Origin: Malacoraja senta | Taxonomy: Eukaryota | Direction: 5' to 3' | Assembly: GCA_038087875.1 (NCBI GenBank) | Contig: CM075998.1 | Span: 5,024,001-5,088,000 of the forward strand | DNA: 64,000 nucleotides | Notes under the pieces: generated by a model | Seen by the model: the letters and a program-made list of their open reading frames with translations, nothing else | Told to the model about the DNA's origin: nothing | The model's database searches: none | Position numbers and translations under genes: made by a program | In this document: one piece after another, positions 23,555-37,240 of the stretch | Layout: each line of letters starts with the position of its first letter | Position numbering within the stretch: position 1 is the stretch's first letter

Positions 23555-26452
23555 TAATCCATCTATCAGCCTGAAGAAGGCTCCTGACCCAGTACATCAT
23601 CTCTAGATTTCCTTCCACAGACGCCGCCTGACCTGATAAGCTCCAAAGGCACTTTGTGTTTTGCTCAAAATTCCAGCATCTGCAGACTCTTGTCTCCTGC
23701 CCTTTCAGATTTAACTTGGAGGTTTGAGCACAGGATCACTGTTCCCGATGATAATTAGACATTGTTATCCAAACAGCAGCAAGTCTATCAGAGATTTAAC
23801 ACACAGCAAAGCCAAAGATGTAGATGGAATACAACGTATCGAAGTGAACCTTGAATGAAAGAATGAAAAAGTTTATTGGCCAAGTATTCACATACAAGGA
23901 ATTTGCCTTGGTGCTCTGCCCGCAAGTGACAACATGACATACAGTGACAGTTAGGAATGGCGCATAAAACATTCAACATTAATGTTTAAAGTAGGAAGAA
24001 GGAATAAAGGTGTGGACTATTTTCTAAATGGGGAGGGGATTCAGAAAAGGGACTTGGGAGTGTTGCTGCAGGATCCCCAAAAGGTTAATTTGCAGGTTGA
24101 ATCGGTAGTAAAGATGTAGTAAAGAAAGATCTCTGGATACTTTCAAGAGAGAGCTAGATGGGGCTCTTGAAAATAGCGGAGTCAGGTGATATGGGGAGAA
24201 GGCAGGAACGGGGTACTGATTGGGGATGAGCAGCCATGATCACATTGAATGGCGGTGCTGGCTCGAAGGGCTGAATGGCCTACTCCTGCACCTATTATCT
24301 ATTGTCTATTGTCAAATGCAATGTTAGCATTCATTTTGAGAGGATGAGAATATAAAAACAGGGATGTAATGCTGAGGCTCTATAAGGCGCTGGTCAGGCC
24401 ACATTTGGAATATTGTGAGCAGTTTTAGACAATAGACAATAGGTGCAGGAGTAGGCCATTCGGCCCTTCGAGCCAGCACCACCATTCAATGTGATTATGG
24501 CTGATCATCCACACGCCCCATATCTGAGGAAGGATGTGGTGGCTCTGCAGAGGGTCCAGAGGAGGTTTACCAGAAACGATCCCAGGAATGAGTGGGTTAA
24601 CGTATGATGAGCGTTTGTCGGCACTGGGCCTGTGCTCGCTGGAGTTTAGAAGAATGAGGGGGACCTCATTGAAACTTACCGCGTAGTGAAAGGCCTGGAT
24701 AGAGTGGATTGGAGAGGATGTTTCCACTAGTGGGAGAGTCTAGGACCAGAGGGCACAGTTCAGATTGAACAAGTACTGAGCACTGTTAACAGGCAGCGAG
24801 TGTTCCCGGCGAGCGTGGCCAAGCCCTCCAGTAGGCCCGGCTTGCCCACCGCGGACATCGACGGGGCCTGTACCGCGAGAGCGAGGAGGGCCGTCAGAGA
24901 GTGAGAGGGGGGACTGTCTTCGAGAGAAGGGGGGCGTCAGCGAGGGGGGCTGTAGGAGAGAGAGGGGGCTGTCGGAGAGTGGGGGGGGGGGGGGCTGTTG
25001 GAGAGAGAGGGGGGCTGTTGGATTGAGAGGGAGGTCACTGCGAACGAAGGAGAGAAGGGGCCCCGGAGGGTGGGGTGGGGGGGCTGCCTGCTACCACGTC
25101 GGTAGAGAGGAATGTTTGGTGAACTTTTGTAATTTTGTGTCGCCACGTTTTGGTGAGGTCGGCTGTATGATTTTACCAGGTTGCATGCAACGCAAAGCAT
25201 TTCAAAGCATTTGGATCTATGGAAGAAATGGACAGACGATGTCCATTTGGCAGGGTAGGGAGATCATTTTATCTTTCACCTGATTATCTTGGGAACAGCT
25301 CCATCCAAGATCACAAGAAATCGCAGCGAGTTGTGGACGCAGCCCAGACCGTCACACAAACCCAGCCTCCCTTCCACTGACTCCATCTACACCCCACGCT
25401 GCCTCGACAAGGCCAGCAGCATCATCAAGGACCAGTCTCACCCCCGGCCACTCCCTCTTCTCCCCTCTCCCATCGGGCAAGAGGTACAGAAGTGTGAAAC
25501 AAACGCACACACACCTCCAGATTCAGGGACAGTTTCTACCCCGGCTGTTATCAGGCAACTGAACCGTCCTCTCACCAACTAGAGAGCGGTCCTGACCTCC
25601 CATCTACATCATTGGAGACCCTCGGATTTTATCGGACTTCAATATTATATCTTTGCACTAAATGTTGTGCTCTTTATCCACTATCTGCGCCCTGCGGATG
25701 GCTTGATTGTATTTGAACCCTATTTTCTTTGACCGGACAGCATGCAAACGGAAGCTTTTCTTTGTACTTCGGTACATGTGACAATATTCAACTAAATTAA
25801 ACAAATAGCCAGACTAAGAGTGATTGAAGAGAAGAGAGTTAGATTCCCAGCCGATCGCTTGCCTTTCATAACTGGGGCATATTTGTCAGCACCACAGGAC
25901 AAAATGAACTGACACAGCACAGCTCAGAGAGTGAGTTTTGTCCGTGCGGCATAATGTTAACACACAGTGCACTTTACTGAATTAACAATAACAAATAATT
26001 GATTTATTAAACAGAATGGGTAATAGAAAATGTAACAACACAAATGACTGAATTTTGAAAAGAATTTAAAATGGTGGTAACGCCTCTCGTTCAACTGCAA
26101 GAATCATTTTGCATTATTTCTATTGTCTAACATAAACTTAACACCTTTGCTAGATAGAGTCACAGAGTGATACAGTGTGGAAACAGGCCCTTCGGCCCAA
26201 CTTGCCCACACCGGCCAACATGCTCCAGCTACACTAGCCCGCGTTTGGTCCATATCCCTCCAAACCTGTCCTATCCATGTACCTGTCTAACTGTTTCTTA
26301 AACGATGGGATAGCCCCAGCCTCAACTACCGTCTCTGGCAGCTCGTTCCATACACCCACCACCCTTTGTGTGAAAATGTTACCTCTCAGATTCCTATAAA
26401 ATCGTAACCCTATGTCAGATATCCAAAAACGCTTATTGAAGTTTAGATGGAA

Positions 26453-26734
26453 GGCAGCACGGTGGCGCAGCGGTAGAGTTGCTGCCTCACAGCGCCAGAG
26501 ACCCGGGTTCGATCCTGACTAGGGGTGCTGTCTGTATGGAGTTTGTACGTTCTCCCCGTGACCGTGTGGGTTTTCTCCCACATTCCAAAGACGTGTAAGT
26601 TTGTAGGTTAATTTGGCTTCTGTAAAAATTGTCCCTAGTGTGTAGGATAGAACTAGTGTACGTGTGAACATTAGTCGGCGCGGACCCGGTATGCTGAAGG
26701 GCCTGTTTCAACACTAAAACTAAACTAAACTAAA
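26453..26734 (+). mobile_element. tRNA-derived V-SINE (HE1-like); representative of roughly 20 copies and fragments in the window
   Basis: A box TGGCGCAGCGG, B box GGTTCGATCC, V-domain GGAGTTTGTACGTTCTCCCCGTG, CR1-like 3' end GAAGGGCCTGTTTC and (CTAAA)n tail. Other copies include 18972-19272(-), 19672-19990(+), 20885-21165(-), 26787-27072(-), 28635-28930(+), 28952-29255(-), 35420-35740(+), 44735-45025(-), 45720-45985(-), 46978-47250(+), 54075-54272(-) and 62308-62615(+). Confidence 0.85.
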
Positions 26735-29700
26735 ATCCCTCTGCTGACTAATCTTCAGAGAAGCAATGGCATTGGGAATTCATACCTTAGTTTAGTTTAG
26801 AGATACAGTGCGGAAACAGGCCCTGTGGACCACCAAATCTACGCCAACCCAGACACCAACACTATCCCACACACTGGGGACTATTTACCAAAGCCAATTT
26901 TCCGACAAATCCACATGTCTTTGGAATGTGGGTGGAAACCGGAGCACCCGGAGAAAACCCACGCGGGTTACGGGGAGAACGTGCAAACTCCACACAGACA
27001 GCACCCGTGGTCAGGATGGAACCCGGGTCTCTGGCGCTGTGAGGCAGAAACTCTACCGCTGCGCCACCATGCCTCTCCCTAATGCAAAATGGGGCTGCAT
27101 TGCTTACCAATTCACATTGTCTACAGTAGGTTTAAGTATTGGGATCAGTTACCTCAACAAAATATTGTGGTAAGATTATATCCCAGTGAAGAAGTATCAG
27201 GAGAGAGGGAGAGTAATTTGATAGAGTTGGTGGCAAGACAGAAGGTCATAAATGACAGGAGCAGAATTAGGCCATTCGGCCCCCAAGTCTACTCCGCCAT
27301 TCAATCATGGCTGATCTGTCTTTCCCTCCTAACCCCATTCTCCTGCCTTCTCCCCAGAACCCCCGACACCCGTACTCTGCCTCAGAGGGCGGTGGAGGCA
27401 GTTTCTCTGGATGCTTTCAAGAGAGAGCTAGATAGGGCTCTTAAAAATAGCAGAGTCAGGGGATATGGGGAGAAGGCAGGAACGGGGTTCTGATTGGGGA
27501 TGATCAGCCATGATCACATTGAATGGCGGTGCTGCTCGAAGGGCCGAATGGCCTACTCCTGTACCTATTGTCTATTGTCATAATCAAGAATCTAGATATC
27601 TCTGCCTTAACAATATCCACTGACTTGGCCTCCACCGCCATCTGTGGCAAAGAATTCCACAGATTCACCACCCTCTGACCAAAGAAATTCCTCCTCATCT
27701 TTCTAAAGGAAATGTCCTTTAATTCCGAGGCTATGACCTCTAGTCCTAGATTCTCCAACTAGTGGAAACATCCTCTCCACATCCACTCTATCCAGGCTTT
27801 TCACTATTCGGGTAAGTTTCAATAAGGTACCCCTTCATCCTTCTAAACTTCAGCGGGTACAGGCCCAGTGCTGTCAAACGCTCATCATATGTTAACCTAC
27901 TCATTCCCGGGATCATTCTTGTAAACCTCCTCTGGACCCTCTCCAGAACCAGCACATCCTTCCCCAGATATGGGGCTTGTGGATGATCAGCCATGATCAC
28001 AGTGAATGGCGGTGCTGGCTCGAAGGGCCCAGTGTGCAAAGCAGTGCTATGTCGAGTTGTGTATTTTCCCAATAAACAAGAAACAAGCACATTAACACAA
28101 GAGGGGCGATAAACAGTGGTGCAGCGGGTAGAGCCGCTGCCTCACCGCACCAGAGACCCCAGCTTGTTCCTGACCCCACGGTGCTGTCTGTACAGAGTTT
28201 GCACGATCAAGTGAAACAATACCATCCATGCTGACCCGATTAAGGCCAACACATGTATTGGAAATGTATGGATAAAGTTAAAGGGAAGGAGAATGCAGGA
28301 GTGGTTACTGAAAGCTCCAGAATAAGAGATAGGGACAGAAAGTTTAGAAAGGGATAAAAGTCTAACGCCAGATAACATTGGGACCAATTTGGAAAGAGGG
28401 GTGGTGAATACAGAACTGAAGGCGTTATACTGGATTGCATGCAGTCTACGAAACAAGATGGCTGAGCTTAGAAATTGGTACGTACAATGTTGTGGGCGTC
28501 ACGGAGACATGGCTGAAAGAGGATTAGAGCTGGAGCTGAACATCCGAGGACTCACATCAAAGACAGGCAGGTGGGCAGAGGGGGTGGGGTAGCTCTGCTA
28601 GTAAGGAATGATGTCCAACCCTTGGCAAGAAACACACGGTGGCGCAGCGGTAGAGTTGCTGCCTCACAGCGCTGGAGACCCGGGTTCGATCCTGACTACG
28701 GGTGCTGTCTGTACAGAGTTTGTACATTCTCCCCTGCGTGGGTCTTCTCAGAGATCTTCAGATTCCTCCCACACTCCAAAGACGTACAGGTATGTAGGTT
28801 GATTGGCTTGGTGTAAGTGTAAATTGTCCCTAGTGTGTGTAGGATAGTGTTAGTGTGCGGGGATCGCTGGTCGGCGCGGACTCGGTGGGCTGAAGGGCCT
28901 GTTTCCACGTTGTATCTCTAAACTAAACTGAAGAAGATGTAGAATCCTTGCTTTAGTCTAGTTTAGAGATACAGCACAGAAACAGGCCCTTCGGCCCACC
29001 GAGTCCGTGCCGACCAGCGATCCCCGCACACCAACACTATCCTGCACACACTAGGGACAATTTACAATTTTATCAAAGCCAATTAACCTACAAAGCTGTC
29101 CACCTTTGGAGCGTGAGAGGAATACGGAGCACCCAGAGAAAACCCACGCAGGTCACGGGGAGAACGTGCAAACTCCGTACAGACAGCACCCGTAGTCGGG
29201 ATGGAACCCGGGTCTCCGGCGCTGTAAGGCAGCAATTCCACCGCAGCGCCACCGTGTGGTTGGAGTTAAGAAGCAGCAAGGGTGAAAAGATCCTGATGGG
29301 AGATATATACAGGTGCCCAAAAGCTGCCAGGAATGAAGGGAAAAATGACATCAGGAGATAGAAAAGGGGCGCAAGAAAGACAATGTGGATATGAGGGATT
29401 GCAATATGCAGAGAGCTGGGGTGAACACGATGTCACACCTCCTTCCTGTAATGGGGAGATTAGAACTACACGCAATACGACAAATGTGTCATAGAGTTGT
29501 GGAGTGGTAGAATGATACAGCAGGGAAACAGGCCTTCGGCCCAACTTTCCCACACTGTAATGTATTCTCTGGGACCCTGTTGTGACTAGCACAATGAATA
29601 CACATCTGACATCTTGTAAGAAGAGTTTATTTCCCACAACTAACAGAAGCTTCTAGAAGGTCACTTGACCTCAGTCACGAGACACAGGCACACTTGCCAG

Positions 29701-30820
29701 CTTCTGGCCTCAAGGGGTGCTGGCATTTACATTACATCTCCTGCTTCAACGTTGGGGTCACAAATTCATCTGCAATACAAACTATTTTTCAATACCAATA
29801 AATTTAACCTTTAATCAATTGAATGTGGATCACAAACTATTTTCAATACTAATATTGATGACAAATACAAACGTTACACACACCACCCAACATTCCCATC
29901 TACACCAGTCCCACCTGTCCGCGTTGGGCCCATATCTCTCCATACCTATCCTATCCATGCACCTGTCTAAATGTTTCTTAAACGTTGAGATGGTCCCAGC
30001 CTCAACTGCCTCCTCTGGTAGCTCATTCTATACACCGACAACCCTTTTGCGTAAAAAGGTACTCCTTCGGTTCCTTTAAATCTTTCCCCCCTCAAGCCCA
30101 TGTCCTCTGGTTCTTGATTCCCCGACTCTGGATAAAGAGACTTCTGTGGCGTCTACCTGATCTATTCCCCTCAAGATTTTATACACCTCGATATAAGATC
30201 ACCCCTCATCCTCCTGCGCTCCTGGGAATAGAGTCCCAGCCTGCTCAACCTCTCCCTGTAGCTCACACCCTCTAGTCCTGGCCTAGCCATAGTCCTAAAA
30301 TGCTGTATCATGACTGTCCCTTCCCGGGACATTGCCTGTGTGTTGTTTTGCAGTTTCGTGAACAAAAATAGTCACACTACAAATTGTATGCGCCAACAAT
30401 TTTTTGCAACTTTAACTCTTAAACGTTAGTTTTCAGGGCTTATTTGGAGGAGTAAAATCCCATTTTTTCCTTAATGTTGTTTGAACGCTTTGGTTAGCCA
30501 GCCATGAATATTGGAAGCAACTTCTCACATTATTGAAGTTCTCTCCTTAAAACTGAACAATACTACCATCTGGTGGCACAAAATGTGAACTGCTGCTTGT
30601 GAACAGGCCATTTCACAACCCATTGAAGTTATAACTGATCATGATTATTCAACAGAAAACGGATTGATGTGTGTTGGTCATCGTATTAGTCATGTAGCTA
30701 ACAGTTGTCAAAAAATGTAATAAAAAGGGACAGAAGATGCTGGTTGATAGATACAAAGAGCTGGAGTAACTCAGCGGGTCAGGCAGCATCTGTGGAGAAC
30801 ATGGATAGGTGACGTTTCAC

Positions 30821-33454
30821 ATGAACCGACAAGGGGGGAGGCAATCTTGGATCTGGTCCTGTGTAATGAAGCAGGATTAATTAAAAATGTCATAGTTAGG
30901 GACTCGTTGGGAACAAGTGACCACAATATGGTCGAATTCCTTATTCAAATAGAAGGGGAGCAGGTTGAAACTCAGGCTAGGGTACTTAGTCTAAATAAGG
31001 GGGATTATGAAGGTATGAGGACTGAGCTGATCAAAGTTGACTGGGATAGCAGACCTCAAGAATAAGACGGTACATGAGCAGTGGTGTACGTTTAAGGATC
31101 TACTGTATAACCTTCAAGAAAAATTTATCCCTATGAAGAAAAAAAGGGGTAAGGGTAAGAACAGTCAGCCATGGCTCAGTAAAACTATAAAGGATAGTAT
31201 TCGGCTGAAGGCAAGGGCATATAAGGTAGCCAGAGATAGTGGGAGGGTAGAGGATTGGGAAGCATTTAAAGGTCAGCAAAAAAATAACTAAGAGATTAAT
31301 TAAGACGGGGAAAATAGACTATGAAAGGAATTTAGCGAACAACATAAAAACTAATAGTAAGAGTTTTTATAGCTATATAAAAAGAAAAAGGGTGGCTAAG
31401 GTGAACGTTGGTCCATTGGAGGGTGAGACTGGAGAGTTGTTGGTGGGGAACATGGAAATGGCAAAGGCATTAAACGAGTATTTTGTATCAGTCTTCACCA
31501 TAGAAGACACAAAAAATATTCCAACGCTGGATAAACAGGGGGAGGTAGGAATGGAGGAGCTAAATACTATTAAGATCACAAAGGAGGTGGTATTAGGGAA
31601 ATTAATGAGACTGAAGGAGGATAAATCCCCTGGGCCTGATGGATTACATCCAAGGGTTTTGAGGGAGATAGCGGTGGGGATTGTGGATGCATTGGTGATA
31701 ATTTTCCAAAACTCCCTGGAGGCAGGAACGGTCCCAGTGGATTGGAAATTGGCCAATGTAACACCTATATTTAAAAAAGGAAGTAAACAGAAGGCGGGTA
31801 ACTATAGACCGGTTAGTCTAACATCGGTGGTGGGTAAAATGTTAGAGACAATTATTAAAGAAACACTAACGGGGCACTTGGATAAACATGACTTCATTGG
31901 ACAGAACCAGCATGGTTTTGTGAAGGGGAAGTCCTGTTTAACGAATCTGCTCGAATTCTTTGAGGAAGTAACAACCCGGGTGGATAAAGGGGAACCGGTG
32001 GATGTGGTATACTTGGACTTCCAAAAGGCTTTTGACAAGGTGCCACATAAGAGACTATTGCTAAAAATAAAAAAATTATGGGATTGGGGGTAATATATTA
32101 GCATGGGTAGAGGATTGGCTAACAAATAGGAAGCAGAGAGTGGGGATAAATGGTTCATATTCGGGATGGCAACCAGTAACTAGCGGGGTTCCGCAAGGGT
32201 CGGTGCTGGGACCCCAGTTGTTCACAATTTATATAAATGATTTGGAGGAGGGAACCAAGTGTAATATATCAAAATTTGCGGACGATACAAAAATGGGAGG
32301 AAAAGTAGGGGATGAGGAGGATAGGAAGAGTCTGCAAAAGGATATAGATAAGCTAGGTGAGTGGGCAATAACTTGGCAGATGAAATTTAATACTAATAAA
32401 TGTGAAGTCATTCACTTTGGGAAAAAAAATGATAGGGCAAGTTATTTTCTAAATGAGGTGGAGCTGCGTTGTAATGCAACGCAAAGGGATCTAGGGGTAG
32501 TAGTACATGAATCACTAAAAGTTAGTATGCAGGTGCAGCAAGCTATCAGGAAGGCCAATGGAGTTTTGGCCTTTATTGCTAGGGGGATTGAGTATAAAAA
32601 CACGGAGGTCTTGCTGCAGCTGTACACAGTATTAGTGAGACCACATTTGGAATACTGTGTACAGTTCTGGGGCCCATACTTAAGAAAGGATGTACTGGCC
32701 CTGGAGGCAGTGCAGCGAAGGTTTACAAGATTAATTCCTGCAATGAGGGGATTGACATATGAGGAAAGGTTAAGTAGGCTGGAACTCTACTCTTTGGAGT
32801 TTAGAAGAATGAGAGGCGATCTCATTGAAACATATAAGATCGTGAGGGGCCTTGATCGGGTGGATGCACCGAGGATTTCCCAATGATCGGGGAAACTAGA
32901 ACTAGGGGACATAGTTGTAGAATAAGGGGGGGCTCTTTTAAAATCTGAGATGAGGAAGAACTTCTTCACCCAGAGGGTGGTTAATTTATGGAATTCACTG
33001 CCCCAGGGAGCAGTGGAAGCAGAAACATTAAATATATTTAAGTCTAAAATAGATGGTTTTTTAGCTGCCAAGGGGATAAGGGGCTACGGGGAGAGGGCAG
33101 GGATATGGACCTAGGTAGGGTTAGTATAGTAAGACCGGAGTGATCTCCTGGACAAGTGTCGATCGCCTGGATTGGGGTCGGAGAGGAATTTCCCGGATTT
33201 TTTTCCCGAATTGGACCTGGGTTTTTATCCGTTTTTTTGCCTCCCCAGGAGATCACTCGGTTCTTGGGGTGGAGAGGGGTGATAGCGCTATAAAGGGGAG
33301 GGTAGTGTCTTGTGTTCTGTGTCTTGTGTCTACTGTTTGTGGGTGGGGTGTTTGTTTGTTTGTTGTTCAGCCATGAGCGAATGGCGGTGCGGGCTCGATG
33401 GACCTGGTGGTCTGCTCTCGCACCTACTTTCTATGATTCTATGATTCTATGATT
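30821..33454 (+). mobile_element. Young 5'-truncated CR1 LINE (end of endonuclease, RT, long 3'UTR)
   Basis: LDLVL..SDHN, KSPGPDGLHP, NYRPVSLTS, QHGF, YLDFQKAFDKV, GVPQGSVLGP, FADD. (ATTCTATG)n tail. Inserted into a 66-bp repeat unit with TTCACA on both sides. About 4 single-indel frameshifts. Confidence 0.92.
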
Positions 33455-33975
33455 CACAGAGTGCTGGAGTAACTCAGCGGGTCAGGCAGCATCTGTGGAG
33501 AACATGGATAGGTGACGTTTCACAGAGTGCTGGAGTAACTCAGCGGGTCAGGCAGCATCTGTGGAGCGAAGGAAATGGGCAACCTTTCGGGCCGAAACCC
33601 TGAAGGAAATAGGCAACGTTTCGGGCCGAAACCCGGAAGGGTTTCGGGCCGAAACATTGCCTATTTCCTTCGCTCATAGATGCTGCCGGAACATGGATAG
33701 GTGACGTTTCCCAGAGTGCTGGAGTAACTCAGTGGGTCAGGCAGCATCTGTGGAGAACATGGATAGGTGACGTTTCACAGAGTGCTGGAGTAACTCAGCG
33801 GGTCAGGCAGCATCTGTGGAGAAACATGGATAGGTGACGTTTCACAGAGTGCTGGAGTAACTCAGCGGGTCAGGCAGCATCTGTGGAGAACATGGATAGG
33901 TGACGTTTCACAGAGTGCTGGAGTAACTCAGCGGGTCAGGCAGCATCTGTGGAGAACATGGATAGGTGATGTTTT
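33455..33975. repeat. 66-bp Penelope-terminus-derived minisatellite with embedded hairpin cassette
   Basis: Unit CACAGAGTGCTGGAGTAACTCAGCGGGTCAGGCAGCATCTGTGGAGAACATGGATAGGTGACGTTT. Confidence 0.9.
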
Positions 33976-34355
33976 GGGTTGGGACCTTTCTTTGATTGTA
34001 GGGTGGGAGAAGGGGGGGGATAAAGCTGGAATAGAGGAGGTGCAGGACAAAACCGAGCAGATAATAGGTTGATACAAGTGAGGAGCTTTTTCTCATTCCG
34101 ATGGTTGGACAAAAGTCGGAGATGAAAAGACAGAGGGCGTGAGAGGGTCTCTTGTGATTCCCACATCACACCACCATTTTGTGCCTTGCTGTCCGTCATT
34201 AGGTCACCCACTATGTCATAGAGTCATAGAGTGATACAGCGTGGAAACAGGCCCTTCGGCCCAACTTGCCCACACTGGCCAACATGTCCAATCTACACTA
34301 GTCCCACCTGCCCGCGTTTGGCCCATATCCCTCCAAACCTGTCCTATCCATGCAC

Positions 34356-35330
34356 CAAAGATAGACACAAAAAGCTGGTGTAACTGAGCGGGACAGGCAG
34401 CATCTCTGGAGAGAAGGAATGGGTGACATTTCGGGTCGAGAACCTTCTTCAGACTGGTTAGGGATAAGGGAAACGAGAGATATAGACGATGATGTGGAGA
34501 GATAATGAACAATGAATGAAATATATGAAAAAAAGTAATGATGATAAAGGAAACAGGCCATTGTTAGCTGTTTGTTGGGTGAGAACGAGAAGCTGGTGCG
34601 ACTTGGGTGGGGGAGGGATGGAGAGAGAGGGAATGCCGGGGTTACTTGAAGTTAGAGAAATCAATATTCATACCACTGGGGTGTAAGCTGCCCAAGCGAA
34701 ATATGAGATGCTGTTCCTCCAATTTGCGTTTAGCCTCACTCTGACAATGGAGGAGGCCTAGGGCAGAAAGGTCTGTGCAGGAATGGGAAGGAGAATTAAA
34801 GTGTTTAGCAACCGGGAGATCAGGTTGGTTCAGGCGGGCTGAGCGAAGGTGTTCAGCGAAACGATCGCCCAGTCTACGTTTGGTCTCGCTGATGTATAAG
34901 AATCCACATCTTGAACAAGGGATGCAGTAGATGAGGTTGGGGGAGGTGCAAGTGAACCTCTGCCTAACCTGAAAGGACTGTCGGGGTCCCTGGACAGAGT
35001 CGAGGGAGGAGGTTTAGAGACAGGTGTTGCATCTCCTGCAGTTGCAGGGGATGGTACCTGGGGAGGGGGGCGGCTTGGGTGGGAAGGGATGAGTTAACCA
35101 GGGAGTTGCGCTGGGTTGGGTGGGTAGGGATGGGTTTAACCAGTGAGTTGCGCTGGGTTGGGTGGGTAGGGATGGGTTAACCAGTGAGTTGCGCTGGGTT
35201 GGGTGGGTAGGGATGGGTTAACCAGTGAGTTGCGCTGGGTTGGGTGGGAAGGGATGGGTTAACCAGGGAACGGTCTCTGTGTTGGAGGTGGTGGACATTT
35301 TGGAAGATTATGTGTTGTATGCGACGGCTG
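34356..35330 (-). mobile_element. Penelope-like element 3' portion (GIY-YIG plus terminal repeat) with internal 41-bp G-rich tandem repeat
   Basis: The minus strand encodes PCNCRRCNTC..TSPNLIYCIPCSRC..RLGDRFAEH..KLEEQHLIFRLG. Terminal repeat at 34356-34455. Confidence 0.82.
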
Positions 35331-35744
35331 ATCAATAGTTTATGCAGCGTCAGTCAATAGTCTATTTCCTGTGATGGAGACTGTGAGATCAAGAAAGGGG
35401 AAGGAGGTGTCGGACATCGGCGGGCATGGTGGCGCAGCGGTAGAGTTGCTGCCTTACAGCGAACGCAGCGCCGGAGACCCGGGTTCCATCCTGACCACGG
35501 GCGCAGTCTGTACAGAGTTTGTACGTTCTCCCCGTGACCTGCGTGGGTTTTCTCCGAGATCTTTGGTTTCCTCCCACACTCCAAAGAATTACAGATTTGG
35601 AGGTTAATTGGCTTGGTAAATGTAAAAAAATGTCCCTAGTGGATGTAGGATAGTGTTAATGTGCGGGGATCGCTGGTCGGCGCAGCCCCGGTGGGCCGAA
35701 TGCCTGTTTCCGCGCTGTATCTCTAAACTAAACTAACTTAATTT

Positions 35745-36065
35745 GAGTGCAAGATGAAAAGGTGAAGTTGATGAAGTCAGTGAGTTCTGCATGGGGTGCA
35801 GGAGGTAGCACCAATGCAGTCGTCAATGTAGCGGAGATAGAGTTCGGGGATAGGGCCAGTGTACGCCTGGAACAGGGATTGTTCAACGTACCCTACAAAG
35901 AGGCAGGCATAACTGGGGCCCATTCGGGTGCCCATAGCTACGCCTTGGACTTGGAGGAAGTGGGAGGAGTCAAAGGAGAAGTTGTTGAGGGTGAGGACCA
36001 GCTCTGCTAGGCGGAGTAGAGTGTTAGTAGAGGGAAATTGGATGGTTGTGCGGTCGAGGAAGAAT
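35745..36065 (-). mobile_element. Penelope-like RT fragment
   Basis: LNNFSF..QVQGVAMGTRMGPSYACLF..YLRYIDD. Confidence 0.88.
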
Positions 36066-36559
36066 GTGGAGTTTTCCTCATCGTTTGGTCCTTGACCCAC
36101 ACTGACTAATTAAAGAAAGACACATATTCAATTTAACGTCTTTTTTTAATATTGTGTAACAATGCTTTGAAATACATCTATGTTCTTTCAAGTTGACCAT
36201 GACAGATTGGGAACTTTAAAATAATAATAAAGCTAACATTCAAAAGACATGACATAAATATTTCATATAGAAAGCATTGCATTGAGGTAGAAATTGTTAT
36301 GGATAATGATAAAAGCTTGGGAACAAAAAGACTGCTTTTGGAAGTTGTACCATTTGGACAACTAATCCTTTATCCTCATGTATACATTCAGTTCACCAAT
36401 GAAGACCTATGTTTGTACTTTGGTATTGTCTCCTTGCAGCTAATACCATCTAATCCAGGCAACATTCTGGCAAACCTCTTCTGCACCCTCTCCAAGGCCT
36501 CCACACCGTTCCTGTAATGGGGGCGACCAGAACTGTAGGTATTGTCTAAACTGTTTCAA

Positions 36560-37240
36560 GGTTTCAAGTTTATTGTCACGTGTGCCAGTTGAGGCACAGC
36601 GATATTGGAGTTACCATACAGCCATACTAAGTGAAAAGCAACAAGACACACAGCCACATAAAAGTTACCATAAACATCCACCACAGTGGATTCCACATTC
36701 CTCACTGTGATGGAAGGTAATTAAGTTCAATCTTCTTCCTCTTGTTCTCCCGTGGTCGGGGCAGTCAAATCATCCGCAGTCGGGGCGATCAAAGCGACGA
36801 ACGAAGCCCCCGTCGGGGTGATCGAAACTCCCGCAGCCGGGGCGGTTGAAACTCGGAGCTCCCGAATCGGCCTCTTCTTACCAGAGACCGCGGGCTTCAC
36901 GATGTTAAAGTCCACAGGCCCCGCGGTTGGAGCTTTGATCCCCGGCCAAAGGGATCGCAAGCTCCGCGATGTTAATGTCCCGCAGACTCCCGCGGCTTGG
37001 AGCGCCCGTCAGTCTCCAGGAAAGGCCGGCAACTCCACGATGTTAGGCCGCAGTGCGGACGGAGATACGACACGGAAAAAAAATCACATCTCCGTCGAGG
37101 GTAAGAGATTGAAAAAAAGTTTCCCCCAACCCCCCCCCCCCCCCCACATAAAACAAACCAAAGAACACTAAAACATACTTTTTAACACATGGTAAAAATA
37201 ACAAAAAGAAGAAAGGACAGACAGACTGTTGGCGAGGCAG
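36560..37240 (-). mobile_element. GC-rich non-autonomous retroposon (hairpin family)
   Basis: Same hairpin and right-end sequence as 21650-22350, with tttattgtcac at the tail end. Confidence 0.6.

Noticed and set aside
26453..26530. tRNA genes suggested by A/B boxes (TGGCGCAGCGG..GGTTCGATCC)
   Set aside because: Each continues into the V-domain and LINE-like tail, so these are SINE heads rather than tRNA genes.
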